From Alphaproteobacteria bacterium (lineage in GTDB: Bacteria; Pseudomonadota; Alphaproteobacteria; Rs-D84), in assembly GCA_017475605.1 (NCBI GenBank), contig JAFVFD010000002.1, positions 30,001-62,000 on the forward strand: a DNA stretch of 32,000 bases. Direction: 5' to 3'. Both the position numbers and the translations under genes were made by a program. The notes below the pieces were generated by a model that did no database searches, was not told the DNA's origin, and saw nothing but the letters and a program-made list of their open reading frames with translations. Numbering within the stretch: position 1 is the stretch's first letter; every line of letters starts with the position of its first letter. Below, in pieces: positions 1 to 7,254 of this stretch.

Positions 1-157
1 CGCGGAAAAGATTTGGCAACTTAAACGCAGCCAAGAAAATGTCGGACAGCCGACCCGCACCCAATACGCGCGCAATCAACATATCGCGCACAAAGCCGAA
101 AATGCGGCTAATGCCAGTCATGGCACCAACCCCGAAAATATGTTTGCCTAGTTTCAT
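1..157 (-). CDS. murJ: Lipid II flippase MurJ/MviN, N-terminal fragment (gene runs off the window start)
   Basis: My own reverse-strand translation from the ATG at complement 155-157 gives MKLGKHIFGVGAMTGISRIFGFVRDMLIARVLGAGRLSDIFLAAFKLPNLFR, the conserved MurJ N-terminus. It is absent from the ORF track because it is truncated. Confidence 0.8.
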   Translation of the reverse strand, partial: MKLGKHIFGVGAMTGISRIFGFVRDMLIARVLGAGRLSDIFLAAFKLPNLFR

Positions 158-211
158 AAGTTTTATTATACTAACCTTCGAGACATAAAATCAAGACAGG
201 AATAAAACGAA

Positions 212-934
212 ATGAAAAGATTAATTTTTATGGTTTGTGCGCTGGGGATTCTGGCTGGATGTAATGGTTCATCGGTCAAGATTACGCCGGAACAACCATT
301 AAACGACATTTATGACGAAGCCTATGCCCAGTTTAATAAAAAGCATTATGATACCGCTGCGGAAAAGTTTTTGTTGGTGGAAACCCAATACCCGACCAGT
401 CCGTACGCGGCGGATGCGTTGATTATGGCGGCATATTCACACTATATGGACGATGATTTTGCCGGTGCGTTGTTGGTTGCCGATCGCTTTATGCGTTTTC
501 ACCCCGGGCATTCGGATGTACCATATATGTTATACCTGCGCGGAATGTGCTATTATCGCCAGGTAAGCGATGTGCGTCGTGAACCGGGCATGTCCGTTTA
601 CGCATTACAGCAATTTCAGCAATTGGTTGAACGTTTCCCAAACACCGAATATGCCAAGAATGCGAAAAATAAAATTACAATCTTGAAAAACTATATTGCG
701 GGCAAAATAATGTATGCCGCGCGCAACGATATGGCGGCGCAAAATTGGCCGTCCGCAATTACGCGTTTTCAATCGGTTGTGTCCGATGCCCAGGAAACCG
801 TCATGACGGCCGAGGCTTTATACAGATTGACCGAATGTTATACCGCGATTGGTTTGCCGGAACAGGCCGCTGGATATGCGGAAATGTTGCGTAAAAACTT
901 TCCAGATAACGAATGGACAAAAAAATTGAAATAA
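212..934 (+). CDS. bamD: Outer membrane protein assembly factor BamD (YfiO), lipoprotein
   Basis: 240-aa ORF. Lipoprotein signal with lipobox (GILAGC). TPR-like BamD pattern (YPTSPYAADAL, RFPNTEYAKNAKNKI). Confidence 0.85.
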   Translation: MKRLIFMVCALGILAGCNGSSVKITPEQPLNDIYDEAYAQFNKKHYDTAAEKFLLVETQYPTSPYAADALIMAAYSHYMDDDFAGALLVADRFMRFHPGHSDVPYMLYLRGMCYYRQVSDVRREPGMSVYALQQFQQLVERFPNTEYAKNAKNKITILKNYIAGKIMYAARNDMAAQNWPSAITRFQSVVSDAQETVMTAEALYRLTECYTAIGLPEQAAGYAEMLRKNFPDNEWTKKLK

Positions 935-935
935 A

Positions 936-966
936 AAATCGCCCAAATGGGCGGTTTTATTTTTGC
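936..966. terminator. Bidirectional rho-independent terminator between convergent bamD and comEB
   Basis: Hairpin CGCCC-AAAT-GGGCG at 940-953, flanked by an A-run upstream and a T-run downstream (ttttatttttg). Confidence 0.7.
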
Positions 967-1484
967 TTTTCCATTAACGGTTTGAACTTTGCCACGATAT
1001 TTGTGTTAACAAGTTCGCGTTTTAATTCGGCTGTTTTTACACCGGCTTCGCGGAACATTTCAAACGAATTAACGACTGTATCGCGCCAATTTGCCGTTTG
1101 TGGTTTGGCGGCATCTATTTCAGGGGTCAAGAAATAAACCTGTTTTATCCCCGATTGAATAATTGCGCGTGCGCAATCGGCGCATGGTGGCATTGTTACA
1201 TATAATGTGCACCCACGCAGCGATGCCCCGAACGAGCATGCGTTGTAAATAGCGTTGCGTTCGGCATGTTCATAGAACGCGTATTTTGTTGGGCGCAATT
1301 GGCGATATTCCACATCGTCATTTACACCACGCGGAAAACCATTGTATCCCTGGGAACGAATTTCTTTGTCTGGACCAACGACGATACAGCCCACCTTGGT
1401 GCTGGGGTCTTTGGACCACGTGGAAATGTGAAGTGCCAATTCCATAAAACGATAGTTCCATTTTTCCGAAAAGTTTTCAGTCAT
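957..1484 (-). CDS. comEB: dCMP (deoxycytidylate) deaminase, ComEB family
   Basis: 175 aa with the cytidine/dCMP deaminase zinc signature HAERNAI ... PCADCA. Confidence 0.85.
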   Translation of the reverse strand: MTENFSEKWNYRFMELALHISTWSKDPSTKVGCIVVGPDKEIRSQGYNGFPRGVNDDVEYRQLRPTKYAFYEHAERNAIYNACSFGASLRGCTLYVTMPPCADCARAIIQSGIKQVYFLTPEIDAAKPQTANWRDTVVNSFEMFREAGVKTAELKRELVNTNIVAKFKPLMEKQK

Positions 1485-1506
1485 ACTGGTACCTTTTGTC
1501 TGTATT

Positions 1507-1537
1507 TATTTGTACAGAATATTATATTTGTACAAAT
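1507..1537. promoter_or_regulatory. Paired TGTACA palindromes (possible operator) in the divergent comEB/era promoter region
   Basis: tatttgtaca occurs at 1507-1516 and 1525-1534. atttgtaca (1508-1516) and tgtacaaat (1529-1537) form a perfect 9-bp inverted repeat with a 12-nt spacer. Confidence 0.3.
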
Positions 1538-1587
1538 TTTCAAGGTTTTTTGTTGCCTTTCCCAAATGGTGTGCTAACCTTTTTGGT

Positions 1588-2478
1588 ATGAACAAGACAT
1601 ATTCGGGTTTTATTGCGATAATTGGGCCGACAAATGCCGGCAAAAGTACTTTGCTTAACCAAATTATGGGGCGCAAAGTATCTATTGTTTCGCACAAGGT
1701 TCAAACAACGCGTACGCGCCTGCGGGCCGTTAAAATGGTGGGCGACAAACAATTGATATTTGTTGATACCCCCGGTGTTTTCAAGCCAAAACGCAGACTT
1801 GATCGGGCCATGGTCGGCGCGGCGATGGATGCGATATCTGATGCCGATGCGGTGTTGTTGGTTGTTGATGCAACGCATGGAATAACGGATACAATTCGCG
1901 ATTTGGTTTCGCGTGTGCGCGAACACAAAAACCTTTTTGTCGCATTGAACAAGGTTGATGCGATTGCAAAACTGGACCTTTTGCCGATTGTTGATGAATT
2001 ATCAAAAATGGCTGATTTTCGGGAAATCTTTATGATTTCGGCATTGAAGAACGATGGTGTTAATCAGATGTTGTCTGCGTTGGCATCTGTTATGCCGGAA
2101 TCGCCATATTTGTTTGATGCGCATGACGCAACCGATGTGCCAGATTTGCTGTATTTATCGGAATTGACCCGCGAAAAGATTTATAAATATGTACATGCCG
2201 AATTGCCGTACCATATCAATGTGGTAACAGAACGGGTTGAAACGGCGGACGATGGTGTCTTGGAAATATATCAAAAGATTGCCGTTCAAAACGAGGCACA
2301 TAAAAAGATTGTTATTGGTCGGGGTGGGGCGCAATTAAAACAAATTGGTACCGCCGCGCGACATGATATCCAGGACCAATGGGGTGTTAATGCGCGCCTG
2401 CATTTATTTGTGCGCGTGGAACCAAATTGGGAAGAAACCGCCGAAAACTACGCGGACCAGGGATTAGAGTTTAAATAA
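1588..2478 (+). CDS. era: GTPase Era
   Basis: P-loop GPTNAGKST, DTPG, NKVD, and a C-terminal KH domain (VIGRGGAQLKQIG). I moved the start from 1510 to the ATG at 1588 (MNKTYSGFIAIIG) because the upstream 26 codons look like AT-rich promoter sequence. Confidence 0.85.
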   Translation: MNKTYSGFIAIIGPTNAGKSTLLNQIMGRKVSIVSHKVQTTRTRLRAVKMVGDKQLIFVDTPGVFKPKRRLDRAMVGAAMDAISDADAVLLVVDATHGITDTIRDLVSRVREHKNLFVALNKVDAIAKLDLLPIVDELSKMADFREIFMISALKNDGVNQMLSALASVMPESPYLFDAHDATDVPDLLYLSELTREKIYKYVHAELPYHINVVTERVETADDGVLEIYQKIAVQNEAHKKIVIGRGGAQLKQIGTAARHDIQDQWGVNARLHLFVRVEPNWEETAENYADQGLEFK

Positions 2479-2489
2479 GCAGGATTAAA

Positions 2490-2885
2490 ATGAAAACGGA
2501 AACATTGACTAAATTGGCAATTGCATCGGTGCTTTGTGCGCCATCATGTGCGACCGAACGCGGTGTCGTTATTGACCGCCAAGATTTGCCTGACGAACGG
2601 GCTTTATATGTAAATCTTATACGAAAAAACAAAGCAAAACAAAAACCGCTTGCTGTACAACCGGATGGTATGTATGAAGCGGACCGCAAATTATTCTTTA
2701 TGGATTCTACATATCAGGAACCGTTTTTGTATGTGTTACCGGGCGATACCGTATATATAAATAACCCATTGAAAAAAACATATTTGGAAATGGGACGCGG
2801 TAAAAAACACATTATTCGTATCAACGGTGTACGTGAAAAACAAATCGTAAAAACGGTTCGTTTGTGGAAAGATAAGCAAAAATAA
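2490..2885 (+). CDS. Hypothetical exported protein (N-terminal signal-like hydrophobic segment)
   Basis: 131-aa ORF. N-terminus is MKTETLTKLAIASVLCAPSCA. Its stop overlaps the queA ATG by 1 nt, suggesting an era-x-queA-tgt co-transcript. I recognise no family. Confidence 0.55.
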   Translation: MKTETLTKLAIASVLCAPSCATERGVVIDRQDLPDERALYVNLIRKNKAKQKPLAVQPDGMYEADRKLFFMDSTYQEPFLYVLPGDTVYINNPLKKTYLEMGRGKKHIIRINGVREKQIVKTVRLWKDKQK

Positions 2886-3934
2886 TGTTACACACATCTG
2901 ATTTCGATTTTGATTTACCGGCCGAACTTATTGCGTCGCACCCATTGGCACAACGCGATGCGTCGCGTATGTTGGTTGTTAATGGCAATAATGTCGCCGA
3001 TAAACACATTCGTGATTTCCTGGACTTTTTACAGCCCGGCGATGTTGTCGTTTTTAATAATTCGCGGGTTATTCCGGCGCGATTTGATGCGGTTGACAAA
3101 GATGGTAATTCACACGAAATCACATTACACACCGCAACAGATGATTCAAAAACATGGTGGGGGTTGTGTAAGAAATTCAATAAAATTGCAATTGGCGAAC
3201 GATTGACTATTGTGGACGGTACGGAAATAGAAATCGTTGCCCATGATGACGAAAGTGGACTTAAAATAAGATTCCATTGTGATAATGTTTTTGATGTGTT
3301 AAATGCGGTTGGTAAAATGCCGTTGCCACCATATATGAAACGCGAAGAAGAAGAAGCGGACCGCGAACGGTACCAAACTGTCTATGCCGACCCAATTGGG
3401 TCAATGGCGGCACCAACGGCGGGACTGCATTTCACAGATGAATTGATGCGCGAAATTGAAACGCGTGGTGCGACAATTGTGAAGGTAACATTACATGTTG
3501 GTGCGGGAACGTGGATGCCGGTAAAAACCGAAAATATTTCAGAACACAAAATGCATTCTGAATGGTGCCAAATTACCCCCGAACAAGCCGACATAATCAA
3601 CAACGCAAAACGCGTTATTGCGGTTGGTACAACATCAATGCGCACATTGGAAAGTGCGGCAATTGATAACCGTAAATTGCCGGCGGACAAGCAGAATAAA
3701 AGAATTGTACCAATTTGTCGTGCGACGGATATTTTTATTACACCGGGTTATCGTTTTGGGGCGGTTGATGTGTTGCTTACCAACTTTCATTTGCCGAAAA
3801 GCACACTGTTTATGTTGGTATCTGCGTTTGCTGGGTTGGACGAAATGAAGGCGGCATATGCCCACGCGGTTGCCGAAAAATATCGTTTCTTTTCATATGG
3901 CGATTGCTGTTTGTTGTTCAAAAAGGAATCATAA
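2885..3934 (+). CDS. queA: S-adenosylmethionine:tRNA ribosyltransferase-isomerase QueA
   Basis: 349 aa. Motifs FDFDLPAELIASHP, GLHFT, TNFHLPKSTL and FFSYGD are typical of QueA. Confidence 0.9.
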   Translation: MLHTSDFDFDLPAELIASHPLAQRDASRMLVVNGNNVADKHIRDFLDFLQPGDVVVFNNSRVIPARFDAVDKDGNSHEITLHTATDDSKTWWGLCKKFNKIAIGERLTIVDGTEIEIVAHDDESGLKIRFHCDNVFDVLNAVGKMPLPPYMKREEEEADRERYQTVYADPIGSMAAPTAGLHFTDELMREIETRGATIVKVTLHVGAGTWMPVKTENISEHKMHSEWCQITPEQADIINNAKRVIAVGTTSMRTLESAAIDNRKLPADKQNKRIVPICRATDIFITPGYRFGAVDVLLTNFHLPKSTLFMLVSAFAGLDEMKAAYAHAVAEKYRFFSYGDCCLLFKKES

Positions 3935-5047
<1,113 letters not shown>

Positions 5048-5048
5048 T

Positions 5049-5405
5049 ATGCCCGATAAAAAACCAGAAAACATTGATATGAATAAAATGCCCGCGTTGA
5101 CAATGAATATAAATGATAAACTGTTTTTCGCATTGGCGCGTCGTGATACCGACACTTTGTCGTATGTATATTCACTGGTAATAAATCGAGAACAAGGCAG
5201 TTATCCCGCCGAAATGAAAACAGAAATATCCGCGTTCAAGGATACAGCCAGCGCAAATTTATATTATGAAACCGCAACACTTGTTATGGAACAGCAACAA
5301 AGCGGTATATTAAATAAAATACATGAATTATTCCGCGGAATGTTTGAATCACAAATAACTGCATTTAACAAAAGTGCGTCAGGTTTTAAAACACGCACAA
5401 AGTAA
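5049..5405 (+). CDS. Hypothetical protein (orphan, AT-rich patch)
   Basis: 118-aa ORF that starts 1 nt after the tgt stop. No recognisable motif and no TM segment. The coding call rests only on ORF length and position. Confidence 0.45.
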   Translation: MPDKKPENIDMNKMPALTMNINDKLFFALARRDTDTLSYVYSLVINREQGSYPAEMKTEISAFKDTASANLYYETATLVMEQQQSGILNKIHELFRGMFESQITAFNKSASGFKTRTK

Positions 5406-5450
5406 TTATAAAAAACACATCATAAGAATTAAACATAAAAGAGAAGCAAA

Positions 5451-5804
5451 ATGACACAATATAAACAAGTAACCAAATACGTAATTGATCGTAAAATAAA
5501 TATCAATATAGACCCCAAATGGAAAGAAATATATCTTGGGGTTGCGGAACCGATACGGTATAAACAAGAATATCGTGTTTTGACATATTATATTCCGGTA
5601 ACGGATAAATCTGACGACTCGTTCTTTTATATCCCCAAGGTTTCTGGTGCCAGATTTTCAACCAAAAATGCTGCGATGAAATACTATAACGAAAAACAGT
5701 CATTAAAGGCAATGCAGTGGAAAATCAACACTGACGAGAAAAACAACACACCGTTTGATTTTATGGACAAACAAATAGCAAATTTTTATTCCTTTGCGCG
5801 GTGA
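5451..5804 (+). CDS. Hypothetical protein (orphan, AT-rich patch)
   Basis: 117-aa ORF preceded by aaagagaagcaaa (weak RBS). No recognisable motif. Confidence 0.45.
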   Translation: MTQYKQVTKYVIDRKININIDPKWKEIYLGVAEPIRYKQEYRVLTYYIPVTDKSDDSFFYIPKVSGARFSTKNAAMKYYNEKQSLKAMQWKINTDEKNNTPFDFMDKQIANFYSFAR

Positions 5805-5872
5805 TATGAATTATCGCTTGCATGAAAGCAATAAAATAATTATCTTTCATAAATATAAACAAGGGGGACCAG

Positions 5873-6847
5873 ATGGCCAAAAAGAAAGAAGTTGAAGTAA
5901 TTGATATGGGTGGCGCAAAAACCGTTGCTAAAAAGAAATCTTTTATTACACGTGTAAATGTTATATTTGCGATTTTTTCGGTCGTATGGTTGGCATTTGT
6001 TGTGTGGTATCCATTACACATTCGCGATAAATACGCATCTTCAATAAAGCAATCGACAGTAGTTGCGATTTTCTATGATTTACAACGTAATATTGCGGAT
6101 CAATATGAAAAAATGTTGTTGGGAATTAAAAAGTCTATCAATCTGGAAAAGCCAATAGCACAGGTTATAGACAAGGTTAAAATGGCCGAAGGTGCGATTA
6201 ACAAAGTAACCGATACAACTGCGCGCGCGACCGAGGCAACCAATAAAGCCAAGGACACAACGTCCGGGGTTCGTGCTTTAAGTGGTATCGCGGGCAAATT
6301 TGGTGTCAACACATCTGGGGTTGATAAAGCAGTTGGCAAGGTTGATAACACAATTAACAAGGCGGACAAGGCAATAGCAAAGGTTGACGATACCGCCGCA
6401 TTGGTAAACCAGAAATTAACAAGTGTTGAAAATGAATTGACCAAGGTTGCAAAAACCGAAGTGGACAAGGTTATTGATGATGCAATCAAAAATAACATAG
6501 ATCCTGCGGCTGCAATGTTATTAACACAATACGATATCAAACATGTATATCCATGGGACCCATCGTCGTGGCCGACCGCACGCAAGATTTATGCGGAATT
6601 GGTAAAATCTGACCTGGGGTTTGTACAAACTATTATCAAAACAGTGAACAAGTATTTCGGATATGTAATGTGGGGTTATTTGATTTTGATGTGGGGTGTT
6701 GGCCTTTATATCTGGTTGACCGTCCGCAAGTATGTCAAGGGATTGACCGCGCCATTCTTGGTCTGTCCACGATGCGGACACACATATGCCGACAAGCGTA
6801 CAGCGGTAAGTTTGCTGAAAGTTGTACAACCATGGAAATGGTTTTAA
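5873..6847 (+). CDS. Hypothetical bitopic membrane protein with a K/D/T-rich helical repeat domain and a C-terminal CPRCGH motif
   Basis: 324 aa with RBS aagggggac. TM1 is FAIFSVVWLAFVVWYPL and TM2 is YVMWGYLILMWGVGLYIWLTV. The central region has reiterated KV(D/T)xT.NKA(K/D)xxx units (VDKAVGKVDNTINKADKAIAKVDDTAALVNQKL). Confidence 0.6.
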   Translation: MAKKKEVEVIDMGGAKTVAKKKSFITRVNVIFAIFSVVWLAFVVWYPLHIRDKYASSIKQSTVVAIFYDLQRNIADQYEKMLLGIKKSINLEKPIAQVIDKVKMAEGAINKVTDTTARATEATNKAKDTTSGVRALSGIAGKFGVNTSGVDKAVGKVDNTINKADKAIAKVDDTAALVNQKLTSVENELTKVAKTEVDKVIDDAIKNNIDPAAAMLLTQYDIKHVYPWDPSSWPTARKIYAELVKSDLGFVQTIIKTVNKYFGYVMWGYLILMWGVGLYIWLTVRKYVKGLTAPFLVCPRCGHTYADKRTAVSLLKVVQPWKWF

Positions 6848-6858
6848 CGATAAACAAG

Positions 6859-6886
6859 AACCGCCATTGTGGCGGCTCTTTCTTTG
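6859..6886 (+). terminator. Rho-independent terminator after 5873-6847
   Basis: Hairpin CCGCC-ATTGT-GGCGG at 6861-6875, followed by a T-rich stretch (ctctttctttg). Confidence 0.5.
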
Positions 6887-6896
6887 AAAAAACAGG

Positions 6897-6948
6897 AATC
6901 AAAAAACCACCTAAACAGGTGGTTTTTAAAATTTTGGTGCGAGCAAAG
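6897..6948. repeat. Displaced copy of the tRNA-Gly 3' end (last 11 nt plus CCA) with its terminator hairpin
   Basis: 52 nt (aatcaaaaaaccacctaaacaggtggtttttaaaattttggtgcgagcaaag) match 7000-7051 with one mismatch (6912 t versus 7015 c). The offset is 103 nt. Confidence 0.85.
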
Positions 6949-6999
6949 TACTTCGGCAATTTCATTGCCTTGCCTCGCAACTCGCCCCTTTGCCGACAA

Positions 7000-7051
7000 A
7001 ATCAAAAAACCACCCAAACAGGTGGTTTTTAAAATTTTGGTGCGAGCAAAG
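7000..7051. repeat. Master copy of the repeat: tRNA-Gly terminator hairpin (7004-7030) plus the tRNA 3' end
   Basis: See 6897-6948. The hairpin is ccacc-caaaca-ggtgg flanked by A and T runs. It overlaps the 3' 14 nt of the tRNA gene. Confidence 0.85.
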
Positions 7052-7114
7052 GGGCTCGAACCCTCGACCTCAACCTTGGCAAGGTTGCGCTCTAGCCAAC
7101 TGAGCTACGCTCGC
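7038..7114 (-). tRNA. tRNA-Gly (anticodon GCC), CCA encoded
   Basis: Folded by hand from the reverse complement: GCGAGCG-TA-GCTC-AGTTGGCTA-GAGC-G-CAACC-TTGCCAA-GGTTG-AGGTC-GAGGG-TTCGAGC-CCCTT-TGCTCGC-A-CCA. Length is 77 nt. Confidence 0.9.
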
Positions 7115-7152
7115 ACTGCGTGGGGTATTCTGACATAACTTTTTTATGATTG

Positions 7153-7189
7153 CAAGTATTTTTTATGCGATATACGTAAAAAATACTTG
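7153..7189. promoter_or_regulatory. Perfect 13-bp inverted repeat in the tRNA-Gly / secreted-protein intergenic region
   Basis: caagtatttttta (7153-7165) and taaaaaatacttg (7177-7189) are exact reverse complements, separated by an 11-nt spacer (tgcgatatacg). Confidence 0.5.
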
Positions 7190-7254
7190 ATAGAGATTGT
7201 AATTTTTTTGTACGATTTTGTTGAAGTATTTATGGAAAGGGGGATAATCTGGTC

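Noticed and set aside
1510-1587. Upstream extension of era (MYRILYLYKFSRFFVAFPKWCANLFG)
   Set aside because: It is an AT-rich divergent-promoter region containing the TGTACA repeats. The conserved Era N-terminus begins at the ATG at 1588.
6100-6585. 161-aa minus-strand ORF antisense to 5873-6847
   Set aside because: It is a mirror image of the K/D/T repeat region, which produces an L/S/T/A-rich antisense translation. The plus-strand ORF is longer and has an RBS, TM segments and a terminator.
6935-6980. Possible tRNA-like minihelix formed by the displaced tRNA-Gly 3' fragment (gcgag 6939-6943 pairing with ctcgc 6974-6978, plus hairpin ggcaat-ttc-attgcc 6955-6969)
   Set aside because: The acceptor-like stem has only 5 bp and there are large asymmetric internal loops. 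This is most simply a by-product of the partial duplication. I cannot support it as a functional RNA.
6670-7138. ORFs 6670-7032, 6735-6980 and 6869-7138 across the tRNA-Gly region
   Set aside because: They run through terminator hairpins, the duplicated repeat and the tRNA gene itself, so they are not credible coding sequence.
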